DNA from: an uncultured Fimbriimonadaceae bacterium
Lineage (GTDB): Bacteria; Armatimonadota; Fimbriimonadia; Fimbriimonadales; Fimbriimonadaceae
Direction of reading: 5' to 3'
DNA length: 39,500 nucleotides
NCBI GenBank assembly: GCA_964583465.1
Contig: CAZOVP010000005.1
Location: 165,296-204,795, forward strand
Below the pieces are notes generated by a model. It was not told the DNA's origin. It saw only the letters and a program-made list of their open reading frames with translations, and made no database searches. Every line of letters begins with the position of its first letter. The stretch's first letter is position 1. The translations under genes and the position numbers were made by a program. Positions 17,701 through 27,369 of the stretch are shown piece after piece.

Positions 17701-19164
17701 TTACTTTTTCGGCCTTTCCGACGAACCCAAGGGGAAAAGCTTATTAACTTTGTGCTCTCGGTTCATTATTTTGAGACCCTCAGTTACGATATCTATATGC
17801 TGACTCGAAATATCATTCAATTCCGGCAAGTCTTTTTCAAGATCATAAAGTTCTATTTTTTGTGGTTGAGAGTTAAGGTCGGGCTTAATGAGCTTGTAAT
17901 TTCGAAACATCACGGCTTGCATGTTGCTCGCTTCGGGGTATTCAAAATAGATGAAGTGTCGTGTTGAAACGTGCTTCCCTTTGAGTAGTGGCAAATAGCT
18001 TCTTCCATCGTGAACTGGAGCTGTTGAGCCCACGAGATCACATACAGTCGCAAAAAAGTCGTAGGCCACAACAGGTTCATCAATTTTCAATCCTGCGGGA
18101 ATGTTTTTGGGCCAACGAGCAACCATCGGGACTCGTATTCCTCCCTCATAGAGGCTCATTTTGCCTGAGCGAAGCTCACCATTAGACTGGAAGAACGTAC
18201 GATCAACTCCACCGACGTTAGTAGCACCGTTATCGCTCGTAAAAATGAACAGAGTGTTATCGAGTTGCCCAGTTGATTTCAAAGTAGCGACCAATCGACC
18301 AACGGAGTCGTCCAGATAAGCAATCATAGCGGCGTAAGTTGCTCGGGGGCGAGCACAAGGCAGGTAGCCATTTTGTCCAAGATAAGGCTCTTTGTCCCAG
18401 TCTTGCGGAAACTTATTAACCCATTCTTTGGGAGCTTGTAAGGCCACATGTGGCAAAGTCGATGCAAAGTAAAGAAAGAATGGTTTGGACTTATCTTTGG
18501 AGCTGACAAATTTTATGGCGTTTTCAATAAGCTTTTGGCCACTGAAAACCTGCCCCAGGTACTTATCTTCATAGTCGGATTGATTTGCCCATCCGACTTC
18601 AATCTTCTGGTGCGCCGAAAAAACGGGATTCCCGAGAAGATCAACATCGCGCCCATTCCAAAGATAGGGTGGGTAATAATTGTGAGCCCGACGCTGGCAC
18701 AAATATCCGTAAAAAAAGTCGAACCCGTGATCTAAGGGGCTCTCCCCAGGCTGAGTGCCTCCTAACCCCCATTTGCCGACGAGACCTGTACGATATCCTC
18801 GAGACTTTAAGACCTCTGCTACTGTGGTTTCTTGCTGAGAAATGGGCATTTGCCCTTCCTTATCGTTAGGGCCAAACCCACCAAACTCCCTGTTACCGCG
18901 AATATCTGCATGACCTTGGTGCTTTCCAGTAAGTAATGAATATCGCGTTGGCGCACAGACAGGGCTCGCAGAATAGGATCTTGTAAAAAGTGCACCTTCT
19001 TTTGCAAGCTGATCGATATTTGGAGTTTTGATTTTGGTTTGGCCATAGCACGCTAGTTCTCCATAGCCAAGGTCATCTGCCATAACGTAAACAATGTTGG
19101 GAAGTGAAGGTTTTGCTTCGTTAATTTGGCAGAGAGAAAATATCACTCTCTGAGTATGAATCAA
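17701..19164 (-). CDS. Sulfatase (formylglycine-dependent arylsulfatase family)
   Basis: N-terminal IVYVMADDLGYGEL, and the C-x-P-x-R formylglycine motif in SPVCAPTRYSLLTGK. The 5' end at 19164 is a TTG, forming TTGA with the upstream stop. No clear signal peptide with this start. Confidence 0.85.
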   Translation of the reverse strand: MIHTQRVIFSLCQINEAKPSLPNIVYVMADDLGYGELACYGQTKIKTPNIDQLAKEGALFTRSYSASPVCAPTRYSLLTGKHQGHADIRGNREFGGFGPNDKEGQMPISQQETTVAEVLKSRGYRTGLVGKWGLGGTQPGESPLDHGFDFFYGYLCQRRAHNYYPPYLWNGRDVDLLGNPVFSAHQKIEVGWANQSDYEDKYLGQVFSGQKLIENAIKFVSSKDKSKPFFLYFASTLPHVALQAPKEWVNKFPQDWDKEPYLGQNGYLPCARPRATYAAMIAYLDDSVGRLVATLKSTGQLDNTLFIFTSDNGATNVGGVDRTFFQSNGELRSGKMSLYEGGIRVPMVARWPKNIPAGLKIDEPVVAYDFFATVCDLVGSTAPVHDGRSYLPLLKGKHVSTRHFIYFEYPEASNMQAVMFRNYKLIKPDLNSQPQKIELYDLEKDLPELNDISSQHIDIVTEGLKIMNREHKVNKLFPLGSSERPKK

Positions 19165-20399
19165 TTGTATCGATCAACTGAAATCTGAGCAGGTGGTTTA
19201 CTCCCTTCGAGAATCTCAACCATCATTTGGCCGGTGATCGGAGCAAGACTGACCCCCATCATTCCATGGCCTGTTGCAAAGAATATTCCAGGGGCCCTAT
19301 CTGTTCCTCCCAAATAAGGCATTCCATCTGGTGAACAGGGGCGCAATCCAGACCAAACTTGACCCTCTGACACTGAATCCGCGCCGGATTTGAACTTTGG
19401 TAAGAATGTGCTCAAACCTGTCTTCATTCCTCCCAGCCGGACCAAATCGATAGACAAATTCCACTCCCCAAGTTCCATTGTTCCTCCAATTCTCACTCCA
19501 CCGACCATTGGTGTGACCGCGAGTCGGGCTTCTTTTAGCAGTAAGGGCCTTGTGAGTTGAGGAACATTTTCAGTCAAAGAAAAGCTCATCCCCTTGCCCG
19601 GCTGCAGTGGCAGGTTCACTCCGGCCGTTTTTGCTAATTTGCCAGAGGCCGCACCAGCTGCCACGATTATCGCATCCGCATTTAGAGTTTGATGATCCAA
19701 TTGAACTGCTGGTTGAGAACCGGCTACTAACGAAGTTACTTTGTTCGACCACAAAAACTGGACACCGCGCTCCATCAAGGCCAGCTTGAGATGAGCCACA
19801 AAGAGGTGGGGTGACACATGAGCGTCCTCGGGAAATTCGACTCCTCCCAGGACATCAGCACCTAGGTCTGGTTCCAAAGCGAAGATTTCATCTCCAGAAA
19901 TGACTCGTGCTTCCATTCCTAATCTGTGTGCATGCAGAGCAACCTCCGCTTCTTCTTCTATCCCTTCATGCGTATGACAGAGCATCAGCAGACCACGCTC
20001 TTGAAACCCGAATGGGTTATCCCAGTCCTTCGAAAATTGACGAAATAGCTCCCTACTTTTGCGATGCAGATTCAAAAGAATTGGCGCACATTGTTCGACA
20101 TGGGATTCATTGCAATGAGCTTGAAACTGCAGGCACCAAGACGCTAGTCCTTGATCTAAAGACGGTTTAATTCGAAATGGACTGTCCCGCTTCATCATCA
20201 TTTTGAGCCCGGTCAGCACCATCCCCGGCGATGCCAATGGCACGAAATGGCTCGGAACAATAATTCCAGAATTGCCTAGGGAGCACCGATCCCCTTCCAT
20301 TGGGCCAGAGTCTATAAGAGTGGCTTCATGGCCAGCCTGGGTCAGATACCAAGCGCAACAAAGCCCAACAACTCCGGCCCCAACAACAAGAACACGCAT
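19161..20399 (-). CDS. FAD-dependent oxidoreductase (DAO family, D-amino-acid dehydrogenase-like)
   Basis: N-terminal dinucleotide-binding motif MRVLVVGAGVVGLCCAWYL...LID. The rest matches the DAO fold. Confidence 0.75.
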   Translation of the reverse strand: MRVLVVGAGVVGLCCAWYLTQAGHEATLIDSGPMEGDRCSLGNSGIIVPSHFVPLASPGMVLTGLKMMMKRDSPFRIKPSLDQGLASWCLQFQAHCNESHVEQCAPILLNLHRKSRELFRQFSKDWDNPFGFQERGLLMLCHTHEGIEEEAEVALHAHRLGMEARVISGDEIFALEPDLGADVLGGVEFPEDAHVSPHLFVAHLKLALMERGVQFLWSNKVTSLVAGSQPAVQLDHQTLNADAIIVAAGAASGKLAKTAGVNLPLQPGKGMSFSLTENVPQLTRPLLLKEARLAVTPMVGGVRIGGTMELGEWNLSIDLVRLGGMKTGLSTFLPKFKSGADSVSEGQVWSGLRPCSPDGMPYLGGTDRAPGIFFATGHGMMGVSLAPITGQMMVEILEGSKPPAQISVDRYN

Positions 20400-20449
20400 T
20401 TGAGATAAGAATTTACACTTCTAATGAAACAGGATTTGTCGCACCAGGA

Positions 20450-22423
20450 TCAACTCCAAACCCGGATCAGGCTGCACCCATGGGATCGAATGTTGAGATT
20501 CACAGATCCGGTGGCTCGTCCCATGTCCCTTTGACGCCACAGGTCGCGAACCCTTTTCGCAGGTTTTGTGCCGAGCTCTGACCATTTGTAAGACTTTGAG
20601 ACGGCTGAATCGCCAAGGTTAAAGATTCCAATGGCCATGCTTCCGTCTTCTAGGTTCCGCCCCCAAACTTGAATGTCTCCCTTCATACTGATTCGGTGCG
20701 CGGGCTTACCCAAAGGATCTTGATTAACGGCGATGACTTCGTCGTTCGTTAAAAGGTTCAGAGTAAATTCATCGAGCCTCGTCATATCGCATCCAATAAG
20801 AAGCGGTGATGATAGTAGCGACCACAGCGAAATGTGAGTGTATTGCTCGCTTGGAGTGAGTCGCGTCGGATGAAGTTGTGGCCCCCATCCCACCCATCCC
20901 ACGACGAGCATATCGGGGTCATTCCAATGGCCGGGTCCTGCAAATTTCTCGTGCCCATCTTGGCTGAAGCCAATTCCGCTCAAACTTTCCCACGAATCGG
21001 TGATGTCACCCGTTGTTCGCCAGCAATTTCCTCCAACCGATTCTCCCCACTTCCAAACATCACCCATTCCATATTGACACAAGCTATAAACGATATCGCG
21101 GTTGACCTTTTTGAGTGCTTGTTGCATCACTTCATATGGTTTTTTAAGATTGTCCAGCCCTTCTGGTTTCTGAATTTGGGAATAACTGCACCAATCATAT
21201 TTGATGTAGTCAAACCCCCAATCGGCCATTTTCTTAATGTCCTGTTCCTCGTGGCCATAAAAAGCTGCGTATCCACCACAAGTTGTCGGCCCAGGGCTAG
21301 AGTAAATTCCGGCTCGTAGTCCGTAACTGTGAATCTTATCTGTCAAGGCTTTCATGTTAGGAAATTTCTTGTTAGTCAAAATCTCCCCATTTTGGTCCCG
21401 AGTGGCTCCACCGACGATCGGGTCATTGGAGTTTGGAACTATCGACCAGCAATCGTCGATATTGATGTACTGCCAACCGTGATTAATGAGCCCCGAGTTG
21501 ACAAATGCTTTCGTCGCATCAAGAACTTTTTGTTCATCGACAGCATTGGCAAAACAGTTCCAGCTATTCCATCCCATGGGCGGTGTCAATGCGAGCTTGT
21601 CACCGATGACAAGACTCAATTTTCGAGTTGAACGTCCCATGGCATTTTTTGCAACGAGAGTAAGTTCATAGGTTCCATTGGCAGGCGTGGTGCCCGAAAT
21701 CACTCCGTTTGAAGACAACTTGAGCCCGTCTGGCAACTTACTTACGGAATATGTCATGGGTTGCTGACCAGTCGCTGGAATCTTCCAAACAAATTCGCGA
21801 TTCGCTCTCGCGCCAACTCGTTTCGGCCCATTAATTCGAGGTGCTTTTGGTGGTTTTGGAGTCAAGATATAAGGTTTCTCGATAGAGGGAACCATTATTA
21901 TTGGTTTTTTGCCAGAGTAATCGATTTGTGGCATTGCCCAATCTGCGTGATCATAATCGATTTCGTCGCCACCATTGCCGGCTTTAAGAGTTAGCAATTT
22001 GACACCTTTGAGAGGAACAGAAACTTTGATAGGGCCATCACCTTTCTTCAATTTTCCTGAATTAAACTTTTCAACCCCGTCGCAAAACACGTGAAAGTCG
22101 ACATCCCCATTGTCATTCGGAATTTCGTCGTCGACTCCAACAAAAGCCGTGAAAGCGATGGCCCGACCATCCAGGGCAATCTTAATATTTGAGACAGCAT
22201 GTGTTCCGATCCCATTTCCAAATCCTTGCCCCGCAATTCGAATCGGGTTGCCATCGACAGACTTATTTCTTTGCGCCGAACCCCAACCTTGTCGAATATG
22301 AGTCAAATCAAGATCGGATAAGAAGATCGATTTGACTTGTTGAGTGGCAAGTAGAGCGAGAGGCAAAAACATTATCAACATTGTTGCTTGAAAGTCTTGC
22401 CAATGGCAAGTGAGAGCCCTCAC
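20450..22423 (-). CDS. Secreted GH27 alpha-galactosidase / alpha-N-acetylgalactosaminidase with N-terminal NPCBM carbohydrate-binding domain and Ig-like domain
   Basis: NPCBM signatures (GTHAVSN, VGVDDE, FHVFCDG, DHADWA). Ig-like segment YSVSKLPDGLKLSSNGVISGTTP. GH27 motifs PPMGWNSWN, IDDCW and KYDWC. The true start is probably the internal Met at MLIMFLPLALLA (about 22381). Confidence 0.8.
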   Translation of the reverse strand: MRALTCHWQDFQATMLIMFLPLALLATQQVKSIFLSDLDLTHIRQGWGSAQRNKSVDGNPIRIAGQGFGNGIGTHAVSNIKIALDGRAIAFTAFVGVDDEIPNDNGDVDFHVFCDGVEKFNSGKLKKGDGPIKVSVPLKGVKLLTLKAGNGGDEIDYDHADWAMPQIDYSGKKPIIMVPSIEKPYILTPKPPKAPRINGPKRVGARANREFVWKIPATGQQPMTYSVSKLPDGLKLSSNGVISGTTPANGTYELTLVAKNAMGRSTRKLSLVIGDKLALTPPMGWNSWNCFANAVDEQKVLDATKAFVNSGLINHGWQYINIDDCWSIVPNSNDPIVGGATRDQNGEILTNKKFPNMKALTDKIHSYGLRAGIYSSPGPTTCGGYAAFYGHEEQDIKKMADWGFDYIKYDWCSYSQIQKPEGLDNLKKPYEVMQQALKKVNRDIVYSLCQYGMGDVWKWGESVGGNCWRTTGDITDSWESLSGIGFSQDGHEKFAGPGHWNDPDMLVVGWVGWGPQLHPTRLTPSEQYTHISLWSLLSSPLLIGCDMTRLDEFTLNLLTNDEVIAVNQDPLGKPAHRISMKGDIQVWGRNLEDGSMAIGIFNLGDSAVSKSYKWSELGTKPAKRVRDLWRQRDMGRATGSVNLNIRSHGCSLIRVWS

Positions 22424-22440
22424 CAGGTAACTTTTATGTT

Positions 22441-23916
22441 GTGTCTGTGGCCCCGTATTTAGAATTTTGCGGTCTCTCCAAGAGCTTTCCTGGTGTCCAA
22501 GCTCTTCAAGATGTCAGTTTTGGGGTTCGAGGGGGTTCGGTTCACGCGCTGTGTGGCGAAAATGGAGCTGGAAAAAGCACGCTTCTCAAAACTCTTTCGG
22601 GAGTGAATCGACCAGATTCTGGAGTGATAAAGCTCAATGGCCAAGAGCATGTATTTTCTAGTGCATCACAAGCCATAGACGCGGGAATCGCTGTCATTTA
22701 TCAAGAATTGCACTTGGTGCCCGATCTCAACGTTGCAGAGAATCTTTACTTAGGGCACTTCCCATCAAAAATTGGCATCGTCAATAGAAGCCAACTTCAT
22801 GCCGATTGCCAGGTTCTTCTAGACGAACTTGGGCTCGAATTCTCACCTCAGACACGAGTAGGTGATCTAGCAATTGCTGAACGACAAATGGTGGAGATTG
22901 CAAAAGCTCTGACACGAAATGCCCGCGTGATTGCATTTGACGAACCCACTAGTAGTTTAAGCAGTCGCGAAGTTGAAAGCCTGTTTGCGACGATTGCTAA
23001 GTTGCAATCCCAAGGCAAAGTGATTCTCTATGTGTCACACCGAATGGATGAAATTGGTCGAATTTGTGATTCTGCGACCGTTTTGCGCGACGGTCGACAT
23101 GTCATTACTTTTGAATCTATGGAAGGCGTAACGACCGATAAGATTGTTGAAAATATGGTCGGTCGCAAAATCGAAGATATCTTTCACTATCGGCCTCGTG
23201 AGCACGGTGAAGAAATTATTTCAATTCATTCGCTGAAAGGACCCGGATTGTCAGAGCCAGCCTCGCTTCAAGTGAAAGCTGGCGAAATTGTTGGCATTTT
23301 TGGGCTGGTTGGGGCTGGTCGGACTGAGTTCCTGAAAGCCCTTTATGAATCTGGGCAAGGAAACATCAAAATTCACGGCCAAGAGGTCAAAATTCGATCA
23401 CCTAGGCAAGCCATAAAAAGTGGGATCGTCTTGTGCCCAGAAGATCGAAAGAAAGAAGGCATTATTGCCTTAAGAAGTGTGAAAGAGAATATCAATATTG
23501 CTCGGCGAAAAGGCATCGTGATCAACGAACGCGAGGAATCTGCGCTCGCTCATCAAATGGTTGAAAAGCTGGGAATTAAGACTCCAACCATCGAGCAGCT
23601 CGTCAAAAACCTTTCGGGCGGGAATCAGCAAAAGACGATTTTGGCTCGATGGCTGGGTGGAGATGTGCAAGTGATTCTCTTGGATGAACCTACTCGTGGA
23701 ATTGATGTTGGAGCAAAAAGCGAAATTTACGAGATCATCTACGATTTGGCTGAACGTGGTATTGGAGTGATTCTGGTGTCCAGTGAATTGCCTGAAGTTC
23801 TCGGTGTTTGTGATCGAATCGTAGTCATGAACTCGGGGCGATTTGTGGCCAGCGTGGATCGAACTGATGCCACTGAAGACAATCTTTTGAAGCTAGCATT
23901 GCCCGGCGTCGCTTAA
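22441..23916 (+). CDS. Sugar ABC transporter ATP-binding protein with duplicated NBDs (RbsA/MglA/XylG-like)
   Basis: First NBD Walker A GENGAGKST. Second NBD has a degenerate P-loop (GLVGAGRTE) and an LSGGNQQK signature. No permease or binding-protein gene is adjacent. Confidence 0.85.
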   Translation: MSVAPYLEFCGLSKSFPGVQALQDVSFGVRGGSVHALCGENGAGKSTLLKTLSGVNRPDSGVIKLNGQEHVFSSASQAIDAGIAVIYQELHLVPDLNVAENLYLGHFPSKIGIVNRSQLHADCQVLLDELGLEFSPQTRVGDLAIAERQMVEIAKALTRNARVIAFDEPTSSLSSREVESLFATIAKLQSQGKVILYVSHRMDEIGRICDSATVLRDGRHVITFESMEGVTTDKIVENMVGRKIEDIFHYRPREHGEEIISIHSLKGPGLSEPASLQVKAGEIVGIFGLVGAGRTEFLKALYESGQGNIKIHGQEVKIRSPRQAIKSGIVLCPEDRKKEGIIALRSVKENINIARRKGIVINEREESALAHQMVEKLGIKTPTIEQLVKNLSGGNQQKTILARWLGGDVQVILLDEPTRGIDVGAKSEIYEIIYDLAERGIGVILVSSELPEVLGVCDRIVVMNSGRFVASVDRTDATEDNLLKLALPGVA

Positions 23917-23978
23917 TTTGTTGTATCTTTTAGGTGAATGGTTGGTAGAATTCCCAATCTCATTGCTGGTGAATACCC

Positions 23979-25547
23979 ATGTTTCAAAGACTCATTCCTT
24001 TTTTGCTTGGCCTGACCCTGGGCGGTTCGGCGTTAGCGCAATATCAACACGAAAACGTTGAGCTCTATCGACACTACACGCTTTCGGAATTTAGTTCCGG
24101 AAGTGGCAACTCTTGCTGGGGATATGTGAGTCCTTCAGGTCGCGAATACGCCATTATGGGGCTCGATAACAAGACAGCTTTTGTCGAAATAACCGACCCA
24201 AAAAACACTCAGTATTTTGCTCAAATTCCCCATTCATCTGGGCTTTGGTCTGATGTCAAAGTCTATAAAAACGCCCTGTATGTCGTGACAGAAAATAGCG
24301 GGAGCGGTGTTCAGGTCATCGATCTCAGCAATATCGATAACCACCAAGTCACTTTGGTGAAGACACTTACGAAGCCTGGACGTTCACACACCATCTTTGT
24401 GGATACCGATAGCGGATTTCTTTACAACTGCGGAACGAACGAAGGAACGGGGACAACAATGGCATTTAGCCTTGCTGATCCACTCAATCCAGTTCAAGTG
24501 GGCTCAAATTCGCTCACACCTGGTTATATTCATGAATGCCAGGTCATCACTTATAAATCAGGACCCTATGCTGGGAAACAGATTTTCTTTGGGGGAGGAA
24601 CTCAAAGAGGGCTCGAAATATATGACGTCACCGACAAATCCAACGTCAAATTGATTCGCAGAATCACCTATCCTTTTGTAGGCTATTGCCACCAAGTTTG
24701 GTTATCTGAAGACTTGAAGTATGCCTATGTCAATGATGAATTTGACGAATCACAGCAGTCGTTCAACGTGAGAACTCTCGTTTTTGATGTAAGCGTTTTG
24801 GAAACGGCCGATCTCGTGTCGACTTATACAAACGGTCGCCCCACAATAGACCATAACATTTATGTTAAGAATGGATTCATTTTCCATTCGAATTATACGA
24901 GCGGATTCTGGATTTTCGATGGCAATTCCAACCCTACAAATCCGACTTATCGTGGTTATTTCGATACCTATCCTTCTGGAGACCCGCGCCAATATAACGG
25001 AACTTGGAGCAATTATGATTTCTTCCCGAGTGGAACCTGTATCATCAGCGATCTCGATGACGGACTCTTTATCGTAGATGTTTCGAATGCAACTAAAACT
25101 CCTCTAAACGCCGACGTTGCCCTGGCCATGCGAGGAAGCATTGCAAGTGGTGGACCAGCGGAATTATCAGGTACCGATGGCAAGACAATGGACATCGATC
25201 GGGGCTTGGTAGCAAACATCTTTGAGGCTCCTATTACAACGGTATTCGAAGGCAAGTCACCCTGGAAAGATATTTCCAAAATTCAGTTCAAAGTGGTGAA
25301 TAGTGTAAATGCGCCAGGGCTCAATCAGAGGATCGAACTTTATGATTGGACGACCCGAACGTGGGTTCAAGTTTATGCGGGAATCGCTTCTCAGACTATG
25401 GCAGAATCACTTGGTTTAGGTTCAAACCCAGATCGATTTGTCGATCAGACCACGTTGGCCATTCGTGCAAGAGTCAGAATCGGATCGCTTGCAACTCCGA
25501 GCTTTAGCACTTCGATCGATGAAGTGAAGTGGATCATCAATCCCTAA
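23979..25547 (+). CDS. Secreted LVIVD-repeat beta-propeller protein, paralog 1 (choice-of-anchor-B-like) with uncharacterised C-terminal domain
   Basis: Signal peptide. Repeated hydrophobic-x-hydrophobic-D-hydrophobic-S/T-x-hydrophobic units with a PxNP tail (VQVIDLSNIDN, LEIYDVTDKSN, LVFDVSVLETADL, FIVDVSNATKT). Conserved NSCWGYVSPSGREYAIMG and FVGYCHQ motifs. Ends ...KWIINP. Confidence 0.75.
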   Translation: MFQRLIPFLLGLTLGGSALAQYQHENVELYRHYTLSEFSSGSGNSCWGYVSPSGREYAIMGLDNKTAFVEITDPKNTQYFAQIPHSSGLWSDVKVYKNALYVVTENSGSGVQVIDLSNIDNHQVTLVKTLTKPGRSHTIFVDTDSGFLYNCGTNEGTGTTMAFSLADPLNPVQVGSNSLTPGYIHECQVITYKSGPYAGKQIFFGGGTQRGLEIYDVTDKSNVKLIRRITYPFVGYCHQVWLSEDLKYAYVNDEFDESQQSFNVRTLVFDVSVLETADLVSTYTNGRPTIDHNIYVKNGFIFHSNYTSGFWIFDGNSNPTNPTYRGYFDTYPSGDPRQYNGTWSNYDFFPSGTCIISDLDDGLFIVDVSNATKTPLNADVALAMRGSIASGGPAELSGTDGKTMDIDRGLVANIFEAPITTVFEGKSPWKDISKIQFKVVNSVNAPGLNQRIELYDWTTRTWVQVYAGIASQTMAESLGLGSNPDRFVDQTTLAIRARVRIGSLATPSFSTSIDEVKWIINP

Positions 25548-25569
25548 TTCTAAGTCGTGCAAAAAAGAT

Positions 25570-25598
25570 TGCGGGGGCGATTTCAAATCGCCCCCGCA
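25570..25598 (+). terminator. Rho-independent-terminator-like hairpin after paralog 1
   Basis: Perfect inverted repeat TGCGGGGGCGAT-ttcaa-ATCGCCCCCGCA (12-bp GC-rich stem), followed by TTATTACT. Confidence 0.55.
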
Positions 25599-25687
25599 TT
25601 ATTACTAGATTTCATCACAGCAACACTTCGAGATTTCATTCAAAAAGAGAATATCCTGTGGTATCTTTCCCCTACTGAACTTTAAGC

Positions 25688-27313
25688 ATGCCAAAGTCAG
25701 TCACTTTCCTTGCTGGAGACATCATGATTCATTTGAGAAATATCGGGATCCTGGCAATTGCCGTTGCTGGTTCGGTTGCCCAAGCCCAATTGATAAAGGA
25801 CATTAGCCTTTACAAACAGTTCACACTTTCACAACTCGGCGCAACAGCAGGAAATTCCTGTTGGGGATATGTTTCGCCAAGCGGCCGAGAATACGCAATT
25901 ATGGGGGTCAATAACAAGGTTGCATTCGTTGAAATTACAGACCCTGCCAATGCGGTCTATTTTGCGAGTATCCCTCACGGCAGTAGCAGTTGGGCAGATA
26001 TCAAAACATACAAGACGGCCTGCTATGTCGGAACAGAATTGTCTGGTTCAGGAGTCCAAGTCATAGATCTCAGCAATATCGACAACCATGTCGTGACCTT
26101 AGTGCGAACAATCGCAAATCCTGGTCGTACACACACTCTCCACGTCGATAACGATAGTGGTTTTCTTTATTGCTGTGGAAGTCGCGAGTCACTTGGAACG
26201 ACGATGTGCTTTAACCTTACCGATCCACTTAATCCAGTGGTCACTGGCTCTGCGAGCTTAACAGGAACAAGCTATCAGCACGAAACAATCGTTCATACCT
26301 ACACATCAGGTCCTTACGCTGGCAAACAAATCATGTTTAGCGGAGGTGAAGGTCGTGGAGTCGAAATTTGGGACGTGACAAACAAGAGTGCAGTGACCCT
26401 CGTTCGGCGAATATCTTATCCATTTGTTGGTTACTGCCACCAGAGTTGGCTCAGCCCAGACTTTCATTATCTTTATGTGAATGACGAACTTGATGAAAAT
26501 AATTCGCCTGGTTCAGTTCCCCTGACTCGAACTCTGGTCTTTGACATCAGCGTTTTGGCTACTGCCGATCTTGTTTCCACGTTTTCGACTGGAAAAACTG
26601 GTATCGACCACAACCTTTACAACAAGAACAACTTCATTTTCGAAGGAAACTATACAACTGGCCTCAACATCTTTGATGCAAATGCCAACCCGCTCAACCC
26701 AGTTTATCGAGGCTGGTATGACACTTATCCTGCCAATAATAACGTTTCATTTAATGGAATGTGGAGCAACTATCCGTTCTTCCCAAGCGGCACTGTGATT
26801 TGTGGCGACATCAATTCTGGGCTCTATATTTTCGACGTATCTCAAGCGACAAAGACAAACTTTGCTGTGGACAATGTCATGGCCATTAGAGGCAACGTTT
26901 TAAGCGGAAGTTTAAGCTCAATCGGCACTACTGATGGAAACTACTATGTCGTTCAAGCTGGACTAGTTCCAACTCCTAATGACGCGCCGATTCAAATCGT
27001 ATTCGAAGGTACATGCCTGTGGACGGATATCAGCAAGATTCAATTTGAAGTTCGACACAAAGTGAGCTCTTTGAATCTGGGGCAGACGGTCGATCTTTGG
27101 GATTGGAACACCAATTCTTGGGTCAATTTCGATACTTCAGCGGGTTCGACAACAGATGTCACAACAACGATTTTGGGTACCAATCCAGACCGATTTGTGG
27201 ATCCTGTGTCCAAAAAGATGAAGGCGAGATTGAGCGTGAAAAAGACGGGAATCGTCCCTACTTTGGCTTACAAAGATTCGGTTGATTACGCAAACTTCAT
27301 TGTCAACCCATAA
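25688..27313 (+). CDS. Secreted LVIVD-repeat beta-propeller protein, paralog 2
   Basis: Collinear with paralog 1 (NSCWGYVSPSGREYAIMG, GSGVQVIDLSNIDNH, FVGYCHQSW, FDVSQATKT). Ends ...ANFIVNP. The true start is possibly the Met at MIHLRNIGILAIAVAG (about 25724). Confidence 0.75.
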   Translation: MPKSVTFLAGDIMIHLRNIGILAIAVAGSVAQAQLIKDISLYKQFTLSQLGATAGNSCWGYVSPSGREYAIMGVNNKVAFVEITDPANAVYFASIPHGSSSWADIKTYKTACYVGTELSGSGVQVIDLSNIDNHVVTLVRTIANPGRTHTLHVDNDSGFLYCCGSRESLGTTMCFNLTDPLNPVVTGSASLTGTSYQHETIVHTYTSGPYAGKQIMFSGGEGRGVEIWDVTNKSAVTLVRRISYPFVGYCHQSWLSPDFHYLYVNDELDENNSPGSVPLTRTLVFDISVLATADLVSTFSTGKTGIDHNLYNKNNFIFEGNYTTGLNIFDANANPLNPVYRGWYDTYPANNNVSFNGMWSNYPFFPSGTVICGDINSGLYIFDVSQATKTNFAVDNVMAIRGNVLSGSLSSIGTTDGNYYVVQAGLVPTPNDAPIQIVFEGTCLWTDISKIQFEVRHKVSSLNLGQTVDLWDWNTNSWVNFDTSAGSTTDVTTTILGTNPDRFVDPVSKKMKARLSVKKTGIVPTLAYKDSVDYANFIVNP

Positions 27314-27337
27314 AGGTTAGCAACGAGAAATAACCAA

Positions 27338-27361
27338 GGCTCCAAAAGATCTTTTGGAGCC
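27338..27361. terminator. Bidirectional terminator-like palindrome between convergent genes
   Basis: Perfect 24-nt palindrome GGCTCCAAAAGATCTTTTGGAGCC, with a T-rich tract on the plus side (ttgattgtttatgatttt). Confidence 0.5.
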
Positions 27362-27369
27362 TTGATTGT

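Noticed and set aside
20834-21319. 161-aa plus-strand ORF antisense to the GH27 gene
   Set aside because: Antisense to a CDS with strong catalytic motifs. No recognisable features.
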